Positions 25,507-34,322 are shown, counted from the first letter of the stretch. The stretch: 64,000 bases of DNA from an uncultured bacterium (GCA_964596015.1 CAZQSB010000001.1:48191-112190), one strand, 5' to 3'. Made by a program: numbers and translations. Notes: generated by a model from the letters alone, not told the origin.

Positions 25507-27303
25507 TCAGGAGCCCGGATGGGCGCGTCCCGCGCCGGAGCTCCTTGCGGCGCGGGCGTCGCCGGATTCCGGGGCGCCGAGGTTGATGAGCTGTTCGACG
25601 TCGGCCGCGGTCGACGCGTTCAGCGCTTTCTCCGCGAGAAGCCGCGCCGTGGCGATGTCGGTCTCCCTGATGGCCTTCTTCGTGAAGAGCATGCGGATCG
25701 AGGCGACGCTGAACTCGCGAACGCCGAGACCGATGAGGAGCGGTACGTACTCCGGGATGCCGCCCATCTCGCCGCAAAGCGATATTGGCTTCCCGGCCTT
25801 CTCAGCTCCCTCGACGGCGCTCCGGATGAGCCCCAGGACCGCCGGATCGTGCGGTCGGTACAGGTGGTCGACGAACGCGTTCCCGCGATCAACTGCGAGC
25901 GTATACTGGACCAGGTCGTTAGTCCCGATGCTCAGGAAGTCGCACTCGCGCGCCAGACGGTCCGCGACCATCGCGGCCGACGGGATCTCGATCATGACGC
26001 CCGCCTGGACGTCCTCCGCGTGCTCGACACCGTCCGTCCGGAGTCCGTCCCTCGCCTCCTCAAGCTTGCCCTTCGCCGCCCGGAGCTCGCCGACGGTCGA
26101 GATCATGGGCCACAGAATCCTGACGTCGCCGTGGACCCCCGCCCTGAGGATGGCCCTCATCTGCGTCACGAAGAGGTCGGGCCGGTCGAGCAGCAGCCGG
26201 ATCGACCTGTAGCCCAGATACGGGTTGTGCTCACGGTAGGGGTTCTCGGGACCCACGAACTTGTCGCCCCCGATATCGAGCGTCCGGATGACGACCGGAC
26301 GGCCCTCCATCGTCTCGACCACGTCCCGGTAGACATTGTACTGCTCGTCCTCCGAGAGGAACATGCTGGCCGCGATGAAGAGCATCTCGGTCCTGAACAG
26401 ACCGACGCCGTCGGCGCCAAGACGCTTCGCCTCGCGGGCGTCCTCGATCGAAGCGATGTTGCACAAGAGACCGATCCGCTCACCGTCGGCGGTCTCAGGG
26501 TCCAGTTCGATGTAAGGCGAGAGGTCGGCCCAGTCCTTCGCCTCCTGCTCCTGGAGGGTGCGATAGCGCTTGAGCTCGGCGTCGGTGGGGTTCACGACGA
26601 TCATCCCGTCGTCGCCGTCGACGACGAGCGTGTCGCCGGTCTCGATACGGTCAAGCCCCTGCTTGATGCCGACGATGGCCGGCACGCCCAGCGACCGGGC
26701 CAGGATGGCCGCGTGGGTCTCCTTGCCGCCGAGCTCGGTGACGAACCCGAGGATCCGGCCGCGGTCCATCGAGACCGTGTCCGAGGCCCGGAGTTCCCGG
26801 GAGACCACGATCATGGGATGAACGAGAGGACAGTGGGCCCACACGCCCAGCATCCGCTCGATGACCCGCTTCCCGATGTCGGTGATGTCGTAGGCGCGGT
26901 CCCGCAGGTAGGCGTCCGTAGAGGAAGCGAGAACGCCGCTCACGCGCTTCATCTCGTCGGCGACCGCCGCCTCGGCGTTCGTATGCTCCTCGCGGATCCG
27001 ACGCTCGATCTCCCGGGTGACCATCCGGTCCTCGAGGATCATCGAGTGCACGAGGAAGACGTCCGCCTTGTCCTGACCGAGCTCCTTCGAGATGCGCTCC
27101 GCATCCTTCGTGAGCTCCTCTTTGACGAGAACGACGGCGCGGCGGAAGCGCTCGATCTCCGCCTCCACCTGATCCTCCTGGATCTCGATGCGCTCGACCT
27201 CGTCGAGGATGTCCCCGTAGACGAAAGCGGGCCCCACGACGATGCCGGGGGAAGCGGGTATCCCGTGGAGGATCATGCTCCTGCCGTCTCCTGGCTCGCT
27301 CAC
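25507..27303 (-). CDS. ptsI: Phosphoenolpyruvate--protein phosphotransferase (PTS enzyme I)
   Basis: GIPASPGIVVGPAFVY, GGKETHAAILARSLGVPAIVG (phospho-His region), FLSIGTNDLVQYTLAVDR and SLCGEMGG. Confidence 0.92.
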   Translation of the reverse strand: MSEPGDGRSMILHGIPASPGIVVGPAFVYGDILDEVERIEIQEDQVEAEIERFRRAVVLVKEELTKDAERISKELGQDKADVFLVHSMILEDRMVTREIERRIREEHTNAEAAVADEMKRVSGVLASSTDAYLRDRAYDITDIGKRVIERMLGVWAHCPLVHPMIVVSRELRASDTVSMDRGRILGFVTELGGKETHAAILARSLGVPAIVGIKQGLDRIETGDTLVVDGDDGMIVVNPTDAELKRYRTLQEQEAKDWADLSPYIELDPETADGERIGLLCNIASIEDAREAKRLGADGVGLFRTEMLFIAASMFLSEDEQYNVYRDVVETMEGRPVVIRTLDIGGDKFVGPENPYREHNPYLGYRSIRLLLDRPDLFVTQMRAILRAGVHGDVRILWPMISTVGELRAAKGKLEEARDGLRTDGVEHAEDVQAGVMIEIPSAAMVADRLARECDFLSIGTNDLVQYTLAVDRGNAFVDHLYRPHDPAVLGLIRSAVEGAEKAGKPISLCGEMGGIPEYVPLLIGLGVREFSVASIRMLFTKKAIRETDIATARLLAEKALNASTAADVEQLINLGAPESGDARAARSSGAGRAHPGS

Positions 27304-27361
27304 GGCTTCCCTCTCTCCTTCGGGAGCCCGGGGATCGTTGCTCGAAACGCTTCCCGAGAGC

Positions 27362-28735
27362 TCAACCGACCTGTTTCGCGGCCTGAGAGGCCGCGATGAG
27401 CACCGGGTCCCACACCGGCGAGAACGGCGGCGCGTAGCTCATGTCGACGACGGCCAGCTCCTGGACGCTCATCCCCGCGAAGATGGCGGTCGCGACCGAG
27501 TCGACCCGCTTCGCGGCGCCCTCCGCCCCGACGAGCTGCCCTCCCAGGATCCTCCCAGTCGGCCTGTCGAACACCAGTCTGACGTGAAGCGGTTTCGCGC
27601 CGGGATAGGCGTGCGAGCGAGACGAGGACACGATCTTCACCGCGCCGCAGTCGAATCCGAGCTCCGCCGCCTTCTCCTCGGAGAACCCGGTGCTCGCCAC
27701 CTCCAGATCGAAGACCTTCGAGACGTTCGTGCCGGCGATGCCTCCGAAGAGCTCTTCTCCGCCGGCGGCGTTCGTGCCGGCGACACGTCCCTGTTTGTTG
27801 GCGGTCTGCCCGAGGGGCACCCACGACGGTTCCCCGGACACGACGTGATAGTGCTCCGCGCAGTCTCCCGCGGCGAAGATGCGCTCGTCGCTGGTCCGCT
27901 GACGGCGGTCTACCTTGATGGCGCCGTACGCGCCGAGTTCGAGGCCGGCCGTCTTCGCCAGGTCGACGTTCGGCCGGACTCCCGTTCCCGCGATGACGAT
28001 ATCGGCTTCGATGCGACGTCCGCCAACGACGGCGTGGGTCACGCTCTCGTCGTCGCCTTCGAAGCCCTCCGCGCCGACACCCGTGTACACACGGACGCCG
28101 TTCTTCTCAAGCTCACCGCGCACGACCTCCGCCATGTCCTCATCATAGGTCGAGAGGATGCGCGGCGCCAATTCGACGATTCCGACCTCGAGGCCGAGGT
28201 TCGAGAGCGCGTCCGCCATCTCGAGACCGATGTAGCCGGCCCCGACCACGATGGCGCGTTTCACGTTCTCGCGCTTCAGGTGGAGCTTGATCTCATCGGC
28301 GTCGGGAATGCTCCTGAGGGTGAAGACGCCGGCAAGTTCCGTGCCTGGGACGGAAGGCTTGACGGCGACGGCGCCGGTCCCTATCACCAGCGCGTCGTAT
28401 GAGATCTCGCGCGTCGTCTCGTCCTCGAGCGTCGCGTAGACGACGCGGCGGCCTGCAGCGTCGATCGCGACGGCCGGCGACCCGAGTCGGACATCGATGC
28501 CGCGCTCGTCGCGGAACTCACTCGCATCGACGGCGATGAGGTCCTCCCGATGCTCGACGATCCCCTCGATGTAGTATGGAAGCGAACACGCGCTGTACGA
28601 CACGTCGTAGCCCCGCTCGAGCACGACGATGTCGAGGTCTGGTCTTCTGCGTCTCGCGCGGCTCGCGGCGCTCATCCCGGCCGCGTCGCCGCCGATCACG
28701 ACCAGTCGTCCGTTTTCCGGGATCAACTCGGGCAT
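27362..28735 (-). CDS. FAD-dependent pyridine nucleotide-disulfide oxidoreductase (CoA-disulfide reductase/NADH oxidase family)
   Basis: LVVIGGDAAGMSAASRARR, a single redox Cys in SYSACSLPYYIEG, a second dinucleotide fold AIVVGAGYIGLEMA, and AAGDCA. Confidence 0.85.
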   Translation of the reverse strand: MPELIPENGRLVVIGGDAAGMSAASRARRRRPDLDIVVLERGYDVSYSACSLPYYIEGIVEHREDLIAVDASEFRDERGIDVRLGSPAVAIDAAGRRVVYATLEDETTREISYDALVIGTGAVAVKPSVPGTELAGVFTLRSIPDADEIKLHLKRENVKRAIVVGAGYIGLEMADALSNLGLEVGIVELAPRILSTYDEDMAEVVRGELEKNGVRVYTGVGAEGFEGDDESVTHAVVGGRRIEADIVIAGTGVRPNVDLAKTAGLELGAYGAIKVDRRQRTSDERIFAAGDCAEHYHVVSGEPSWVPLGQTANKQGRVAGTNAAGGEELFGGIAGTNVSKVFDLEVASTGFSEEKAAELGFDCGAVKIVSSSRSHAYPGAKPLHVRLVFDRPTGRILGGQLVGAEGAAKRVDSVATAIFAGMSVQELAVVDMSYAPPFSPVWDPVLIAASQAAKQVG

Positions 28736-28825
28736 CAGGACCTCCGCCTGCGGAAGACTCGGGGTGTCGGGACGAGTGTCATGTCATGGGTAGCACACAG
28801 CGACTCCGGCGAACAAGGCTGTAAC

Positions 28826-29072
28826 GGAAAGGGGGGACGGCGCGAGCCATCCCCCCCGAACTTCCCTCTGTCGCTCCGCCCGAAGCGCCACATCATCCCA
28901 TCACTACTTCCTCCCCAGAAGGAAGCCTGCGAAAAACCACCGTGAACCGGGTATCGAGAAGGGCGACGGCGAAGCTCGCGAAATCGCGCGGTGTCACGCC
29001 GGAGCCGGCGACACGCCGCCCGGCCCAGGTTCTTCGAGAGAGCTCCGGGCCCCCCGACCGCCGGAGCGACCA
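28826..29072 (-). ncRNA. Candidate structured leader RNA or cis-regulatory element (unclassified)
   Basis: Predicted transcript from the promoter at 29079-29107. A 9-bp helix joins 29070-29062 to 28878-28870 and encloses several hairpins. It is followed by an 11-bp G/C hairpin (28857-28831) and UUUCC. No convincing ORF. Confidence 0.3.
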
Positions 29073-29078
29073 GGAGCG

Positions 29079-29107
29079 ACTGTAGCAGTCAGACCATTAG
29101 AAGTCAA
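29079..29107 (-). promoter_or_regulatory. Near-consensus sigma70 promoter with AT-rich upstream element
   Basis: Minus strand: TTGACT (29107-29102), 17-nt spacer, TACAGT (29084-29079). Preceded by AATAGATTTTAT. The only strongly AT-rich block in this intergenic region. Confidence 0.5.
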
Positions 29108-29161
29108 ATAAAATCTATTCATACTATGAGCTTAGGAACAAACCTGCCCGGACAAAGCGAT

Positions 29162-29187
29162 GGGGACGGCTGCGATGCGCCGTCCCC
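29162..29187 (-). terminator. Hairpin terminator after hsp20
   Basis: GGGGACGGC-N8-GCCGTCCCC, 32 nt after the stop at 29219. On the minus strand it is followed by ATCGCTTTGTCC. Confidence 0.5.
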
Positions 29188-29218
29188 TGTTCGTTGTCAC
29201 GAGCCTGCTGTTGTCCTG

Positions 29219-29665
29219 CTAGCCCGTGTTCACCTTGACCTTCTTGCCCTTCGCGACCTCGGTCTTGGGGATGGTCACGGTCAGCACACCGTCCTTCTGC
29301 GATGCGGAAACCTTGTCCACGTCGGCGCTTCGGGGAAGAGTGAAGATCCGCTTGAAGGAGCCGTAGCTCCGCTCCATGCGATAGAAGTTCTTCTCCTTCT
29401 CCTCCTCTTCCTGCTTCTTCTCACCCGAGATCACGAGCTGGTTCTCGTCGACGCTGACGTCGATGTTCTCCGGGTCGACGCCGGGAACCTCGGCCGTTAC
29501 GATGATCAAGTCGTCGGTTTCGGACACGTCGACGCTGGGGTTCCAGTCGAACTCGGACAGGGAGGCCGGCGCCATCCAGTTCCTGAGAAGTCGGTCGAAT
29601 GCCTTGTCGAGCTCATCCTGAACCGCCGGCAGATTGCGTCTTGGTCTCCAGCGTACCAGCTCCAT
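29219..29665 (-). CDS. hsp20: Hsp20/alpha-crystallin family small heat-shock protein
   Basis: WNPSVDVSETDDLIIVTAEVPGVDPENIDVSV...FYRMERSYGSFKRIFTLP...KDGVLTVTIPK. RBS AAGGAGG. Confidence 0.92.
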   Translation of the reverse strand: MELVRWRPRRNLPAVQDELDKAFDRLLRNWMAPASLSEFDWNPSVDVSETDDLIIVTAEVPGVDPENIDVSVDENQLVISGEKKQEEEEKEKNFYRMERSYGSFKRIFTLPRSADVDKVSASQKDGVLTVTIPKTEVAKGKKVKVNTG

Positions 29666-29793
29666 ACACTTGCCTCCTTTCCTGTTCTGTGCCTTTCATC
29701 GTCCCGGGGAGCCGCAGCCATCGCTCCCGGCATTGCTGCTCCCCACACTCCGTGTATTCTGATGCGGAGATGCTCGTTCGGTTGCACGAGAAC

Positions 29794-29823
29794 GAAGCCC
29801 CCGGCCAAGCGGCCGGGGGCTTC
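29794..29823 (-). terminator. 13-bp perfect hairpin after the small anti-sigma gene
   Basis: GAAGCCCCCGGCC-aagc-GGCCGGGGGCTTC, 35 nt after the stop at 29858. On the minus strand it is followed by GTTCTCGTG. Confidence 0.5.
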
Positions 29824-29857
29824 TCATGAGTTCGGGAACTCGACAGGACGGAGGCGG

Positions 29858-30124
29858 TCAGGCGTCGCCCTCGTCCGTCTCGCCGCGTCTGCTCTCGAGG
29901 CAGGCCTCGAGCGCCTCAGAGAGTCTGCGGCGCACGTTCTCCGGGACCTCCTCGACGAACGACACCTGCCTGTGCAGCACGATGGTCTGCTCGAACGTCC
30001 TGAAGAGAACCCGCGCGTCCTCGCAGGTCTCCATGTGCTCCTCGAACTCGATCCGGACCTCCGTGGAGAGGTCGCCGTCGATATACGCGGAGAGGAGCTG
30101 CCAGAACTCGGTGCAGTCGAGCAT
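29858..30124 (-). CDS. Small soluble zf-HC2-like anti-sigma factor (incomplete ZAS motif)
   Basis: MLDCTEFWQLLSAYIDGDLSTEVRIEFEEHMETCEDARV. This is the typical anti-sigma N-terminal helix pattern, but H-x3-C-x2-A replaces H-x3-C-x2-C. No TM segment. Confidence 0.7.
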   Translation of the reverse strand: MLDCTEFWQLLSAYIDGDLSTEVRIEFEEHMETCEDARVLFRTFEQTIVLHRQVSFVEEVPENVRRRLSEALEACLESRRGETDEGDA

Positions 30125-30223
30125 CGTTCCCCCGTCGTCCGTCCGGCGCTCAAGAGAGCGCGCGACGCGTCATCCTCCGGGCCGCGTCGGGAGACGTTCG
30201 GTCCCCGGCCGCGACCGTGCCTG

Positions 30224-32158
30224 CTACGCTTCCTCCCCGCCGACCGGCTCGGCGCGGCCGCCCAGGTGCTCCGCGAGGAACTGCTCGGCCATGCCGTAGA
30301 ACCTGAGACGGTTCTCCGGCCTCGCGAAGCCGTGTCCCTCGTCCTCGAAGAGGATGTACTCGACCTCGATCCCCTTCTCGCGCATCGCCTCGACGACCTG
30401 CTCGGATTCGGCCTGCTTCACCCTGGGGTCGTTCGCGCCCTGCGCGACGAGCATCGGGATCTCGATCTGGTCGACGTGGAAGAGCGGCGAGCGCGATTTC
30501 AGGAACTCCTCGTCCTTCTCGGGGTGTCCTACCCGCTGGTACATCATCTCGAGCATCGTGCTCCAGTACGGCGGGACCGTTTCGATGAACGTCACGAGGT
30601 TGCTCGGTCCCATGGTCGCGACCGCGCAGGCGAAGAGGTCCGGAGTGAACGTCGCGCCGGCCAGCGCCGCGTACCCACCGTACGAGTGGCCGTACACGGC
30701 GACCCGCTCGGGGTCCGCGTAGCCCTGGTCGATGGCCCACTGGACCGCGTCGGTGAGGTCGTCCTGCATGGCTCCGCCCCACTCGCGATTGCCGGCGTTC
30801 AGGAACTCCTTGCCATAGCCGGTCGAGCCCCGGAAGTTCACCTGAAGGCAGACGTAGCCTCGGTTGGCGAGCCACTGGGCCTCCGGATTGTAGCCCCAGG
30901 TGTCCCGATGCCAGGGACCGCCGTGCACATTGAGGACCAGCGGAAGGTCTCTGCGGTCCGCGTCGGGCGGGAACGTGATGTACCCATGCACCTCGAGACC
31001 GTCCCTGGCGGTGTAGGACACGGGCTCCATCTCAGCGAGCGTGTACTGCGTCAGGTCCGAGCGGTGAACGAACAGGAAGTCGGCCGCCTTCGGGCCGCGC
31101 GTGTAAACGTAGTAGCTGATGGGGCCGTCGTCCTTCGTGAACGCGACCAGCCACGTTTCGAAGTCGTTCGTGTAGCTGACGACGCTGTACTCGCCCTCGT
31201 CGATGGCGCGGATGGCCTCGAAGTCCGGGGCGATCGAGTCGTCGATGACCTCCCACTCCTCGCGGGCCCGGGTGAAGCTGACGGCCAGGACCTCGAAGGT
31301 GTCGGGATGGAGCATCACGTCGCTCACGTCGTACATCGGGTCCGACGCGATGACCTCGATCTCCTCGGTGTCGAGGTCGTACCGGACCAGGCGTCCGGCG
31401 TTCGCGTTCCGCGAATCGATGAGATACATCGAGCCGCCGCCCTTCGTGAAACCGACCGGGCCGCTCGTCATGTTGTCCACGGCGTCCCACGACAGGACGT
31501 GCCCCCACGTGTCGTCCTCGCTCTCGCGGACGAGAAGATCGGTGCCTCCCTCAGGGTTCATGGCCAGCGCGCCGCGAACCTGCATGTCGAAGTCGGTGAC
31601 CCACCCGAGGATGTTCCCCGGGTTCCTGGCGGCCAGCTCCATCTCGCCTGAAGCGATGTCAAGGCGGTAGACGTCGTGGAGTCTCGGGTCCTGACGGTTC
31701 ATCGCGATGAGCATCGTGTTCGGGTGGTGCTTGCTGACGTCCACGACGCGGACCTGGACTCCCTCGTACGGCGTCAGGTCTCGGGTCTCGCCGGTGTCGA
31801 GGTTCACCGCGTGGAGACGCCAGTTCTCGTCGCCGTCCTTGTCCTGCAGGTACATGAGATGGACGCCGTCGTACGCCCAGAAGTACTGAAAGATGCCGCG
31901 CTTCGTGTCGTTCGTCACGGCCTCGGCGTCGTCGCCGCCGGGCGTGCCGACCCACACGTTCAGGACGCCGTCGACCGGCGCGATGTATGCGATGTGCTCG
32001 CCGTCGGGGGATATCCTCGCCCGTGCCTTCTCCGGATTGCCGAACAGCACTTCGCGCGGAATGAGCTCGACCTGTCCCCCGCCGCACGAGGTCAGGACCG
32101 CCGCCATGCCCGTCGCGAGGACGAGAAGCGCAAGAACAGCCGTAAGTCTTCTCTTCAT
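30224..32158 (-). CDS. S9 family serine peptidase lipoprotein (prolyl oligopeptidase/acylaminoacyl peptidase-like)
   Basis: MKRRLTAVLALLVLATGMAAVLTSC lipobox. N-terminal beta-propeller-like half. VAVYGHSYGGYAAL nucleophile elbow, with later D and H (FEDEGHGF). The ATG at 32158 has RBS GGGAG. Confidence 0.9.
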   Translation of the reverse strand: MKRRLTAVLALLVLATGMAAVLTSCGGGQVELIPREVLFGNPEKARARISPDGEHIAYIAPVDGVLNVWVGTPGGDDAEAVTNDTKRGIFQYFWAYDGVHLMYLQDKDGDENWRLHAVNLDTGETRDLTPYEGVQVRVVDVSKHHPNTMLIAMNRQDPRLHDVYRLDIASGEMELAARNPGNILGWVTDFDMQVRGALAMNPEGGTDLLVRESEDDTWGHVLSWDAVDNMTSGPVGFTKGGGSMYLIDSRNANAGRLVRYDLDTEEIEVIASDPMYDVSDVMLHPDTFEVLAVSFTRAREEWEVIDDSIAPDFEAIRAIDEGEYSVVSYTNDFETWLVAFTKDDGPISYYVYTRGPKAADFLFVHRSDLTQYTLAEMEPVSYTARDGLEVHGYITFPPDADRRDLPLVLNVHGGPWHRDTWGYNPEAQWLANRGYVCLQVNFRGSTGYGKEFLNAGNREWGGAMQDDLTDAVQWAIDQGYADPERVAVYGHSYGGYAALAGATFTPDLFACAVATMGPSNLVTFIETVPPYWSTMLEMMYQRVGHPEKDEEFLKSRSPLFHVDQIEIPMLVAQGANDPRVKQAESEQVVEAMREKGIEVEYILFEDEGHGFARPENRLRFYGMAEQFLAEHLGGRAEPVGGEEA

Positions 32159-32171
32159 CTGTCTCCCTTTC

Positions 32172-32792
32172 CTAATGGACCCCGGGCGCGCTCGCGTGCG
32201 CGCCCGTACCACGTGAGAAATAGTCCGTGAGCTTCTCCCTCAGGAAGAGGCGCGCCCTGTGAAGGCGCGACTTCACCGCCGGCACCGAGAGCCCGAGCAC
32301 GCTGGCCGTGTCGTCCGTCGAGAGGCCGTGGATGTCGCGGAGCACGAAGACGATCCGGTTATCGGGCGAGAGCTCGTTGATGTGCTTCGTGAGAACACCC
32401 GAAAGCTCCTCGTTCATCACGTCGCTCGAGGGATCCGTCGTCCAGTCCGGGATCTGGCGCGGCATGGACTCGTGACCGACCATGACCGGCTTGTCGATGG
32501 GGACCGTGTCGAGCTTCTTCTTGCGGATCCTCATGAGGCAGGCGTTCGTCGCGATGCGGTAGATCCACGTCGAGAACTTCGCGTCCTGACGGAAGCCGGG
32601 GAGCGCCTCGTAGGCCTTGATGAAGACCTCCTGGAGACAGTCCTCGGCGTCCTCGGGGTTCCCGAGCATCTTGAGGCAGAGGCCGTACACGTTCGATTCG
32701 TGTCGTTCGACGAGCTCGCTGTACGCCTGGGTGTCGCCCTTCTGGGCTCTCGATACGAGTTCCGAATCCGTGGGAACCGCGTTCTCGCGCAA
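32172..32792 (-). CDS. ECF RNA polymerase sigma factor
   Basis: QKGDTQAYSELVERHESNVYGLCLKML...DCLQEVFIKAY...FSTWIYRIATNACLMRIRKKK. Region 4 LSTDDTASVLGLSVPAVKSRLHRARLFLR. Apparent TTG start with GGAG 6 nt upstream. Confidence 0.9.
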   Translation of the reverse strand: MRENAVPTDSELVSRAQKGDTQAYSELVERHESNVYGLCLKMLGNPEDAEDCLQEVFIKAYEALPGFRQDAKFSTWIYRIATNACLMRIRKKKLDTVPIDKPVMVGHESMPRQIPDWTTDPSSDVMNEELSGVLTKHINELSPDNRIVFVLRDIHGLSTDDTASVLGLSVPAVKSRLHRARLFLREKLTDYFSRGTGAHASAPGVH

Positions 32793-32808
32793 ATGCGGAC
32801 TCCGGGCG

Positions 32809-32840
32809 CCGGCCGGGAGCGTTGTCGGGCTCCCGGCCGG
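32809..32840 (-). terminator. 12-bp perfect hairpin between malic enzyme stop and sigma start (no U-tract)
   Basis: CCGGCCGGGAGC-N8-GCTCCCGGCCGG. Confidence 0.4.
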
Positions 32841-32854
32841 ACAACCGCGAGGAA

Positions 32855-34210
32855 CTAGAGCTCGGGCGGCGCGGGGATGAGCCCTTCCTTCATCAGGACC
32901 TCGGTCTGAGACCGCGCCTCCCTGATCTTCTTCTCGGCCATCTCGTACAGCTCATCGCGCGACATTGTAACACGAGCGACGCCCTGCTCAATGGCCTTCA
33001 TGCCGACTGCGGTCGCTTCCCTGGGGAAGACCTCCCACTCCGTCATGTCCGGGACGATGTACTCCTCGTGGATTCCCTTGTCCTCGGCGCACTTGGCGAG
33101 TTCCTCGGCGGCGGCGATGCACATCTCGTCGGTGATGGTCTTCGCCATCACATCGAGGGCGCCGCGGAAGATAGCCGGGAAGCCGATGGAGTTGTTGACC
33201 TGGTTGGGGAAGTCGGAACGGCCGGTCGCGACGATGCGCGCGCCCGCCTCCCTGGCCTCCCACGGCCAGATCTCCGGGACCGGGTTGGCGCAGACGAAGA
33301 CGATCGCGTCCTTCGCCATGCCCTCGATCCACTCCTTCTTGACCGTATCGGGGCCCGGCTTCGAGAGGGCGATGAGCATGTCTGCGCCCTTCATGGCGTC
33401 GGCCGGGGTGCCGACGAGGTTCTCCTCGTTGGTCATCTGCGCCAGCTCCCACTTCTCCTTGTAGTCCGGCAGGTACTCATCCTTCCGGCCTTCGTGGAGG
33501 GTGCCCTTGCTGTCGCACATGATGATCTTACCCGGATCGGCGCCCGCGCTGATGAGGAGGTTCGCGATGCGCACATTCGATGCGCCCGCGCCGATCATGG
33601 CGATCCTGACCTTCCCGAACTCCTTGCCGACGACTTTGACCGCGTTGATGGCGCCCGCGACCGTGACGGCGGCCGTGCCCTGCTGGTCGTCATGCCACAC
33701 CGGGATGTCGAGCTCTTCGCGGAGTTCCTTCAACACACGGAAGCACTTCGGCTGCGAGATGTCCTCGAGGTTGATGCCGCCGAACGCCGGAGAGATGAGC
33801 TTCGTCGTCTCGATGAGAACGTCGGGGTCCTTCGTGTCGACGGCGATCGGCACCGCGTCCACGCCGCCCAGGTACTTGAAGAGGAGCGCCTTGCCCTCCA
33901 TCACGGGCAGGCTGGCGTGGGGCCCGATGTCGCCGAGACCGAGGACGCGCGTGCCGTCGGTCACCACGGCGACGGTGTTCTTCTTGTTCGTGTGCTCGTA
34001 GACCTTCTCGGGATTCGCATGGATGTCCTTGCAGGGCGCCGCAACGCCGGGCGTGTACCAGATGGAGAAGTCGTCGAGGCTTCGCACGACGCACTTCGGT
34101 ACGACCTGGTACTTGCCGCCGTAGAAGGGATGAAGAACCATAGCGTCGTGGCTCGGCTTCTCCGCCTTCTTGACGAGTTCCTCCTTGGACATCTTCTTCA
34201 TCTCTGCCAC
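32855..34210 (-). CDS. NAD(P)-dependent malic enzyme (no PTA-like domain)
   Basis: VAVVTDGTRVLGLGDIGPHASLPVMEGKALLFKYLGGVDAVPI, INLEDISQPKCF and MIGAGASNVRIANLL. GTG at 34210 or ATG at 34201. Confidence 0.92.
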   Translation of the reverse strand: MAEMKKMSKEELVKKAEKPSHDAMVLHPFYGGKYQVVPKCVVRSLDDFSIWYTPGVAAPCKDIHANPEKVYEHTNKKNTVAVVTDGTRVLGLGDIGPHASLPVMEGKALLFKYLGGVDAVPIAVDTKDPDVLIETTKLISPAFGGINLEDISQPKCFRVLKELREELDIPVWHDDQQGTAAVTVAGAINAVKVVGKEFGKVRIAMIGAGASNVRIANLLISAGADPGKIIMCDSKGTLHEGRKDEYLPDYKEKWELAQMTNEENLVGTPADAMKGADMLIALSKPGPDTVKKEWIEGMAKDAIVFVCANPVPEIWPWEAREAGARIVATGRSDFPNQVNNSIGFPAIFRGALDVMAKTITDEMCIAAAEELAKCAEDKGIHEEYIVPDMTEWEVFPREATAVGMKAIEQGVARVTMSRDELYEMAEKKIREARSQTEVLMKEGLIPAPPEL

Positions 34211-34281
34211 TTCCGTGCTCCTCTCTGCTCCTCCTGGCCCCCGGTCGTGGGGGGCTCGGCGGTCCCTTCAGCCCTCCGGCT

Positions 34282-34319
34282 GAAACGAAAACGGGCGCGT
34301 CCCGTTCCGGGCGCGCCCG
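34282..34319 (-). terminator. Canonical rho-independent terminator closing the hdr/frd-like operon
   Basis: Minus strand: CGGGCGCG-N12-CGCGCCCG followed by TTTTCGTTTC. It starts 4 nt after the stop at 34323. Confidence 0.7.
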
Positions 34320-34322
34320 CGA

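Noticed and set aside
28735-28896. 53-codon upstream ORF (MMWRFGRSDRGKF...) ending in a TGATG junction with the disulfide reductase start
   Set aside because: The composition is Arg/Gly/Pro-rich, like a random GC-rich frame. The nearest GGAGGA is poorly spaced and better serves a 3-codon mini-ORF. It runs straight through the strong hairpin. I keep it only as an alternative explanation for the leader.
28905-28935. CCAGAAGGAAGCCTGCG, resembling the SRP (4.5S) RNA domain IV string GGAAGGAAGCAGC
   Set aside because: The flanking GUCCGG and GNRA tetraloop context and the complementary strand of the SRP helix are absent.
29666-29793. ROSE-type or fourU RNA thermometer in the hsp20 leader
   Set aside because: The leader has a GGGGAGC...GCTCCCC stem. 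However, no U-rich or CUCCU stretch is positioned to pair with the AAGGAGG Shine-Dalgarno sequence.
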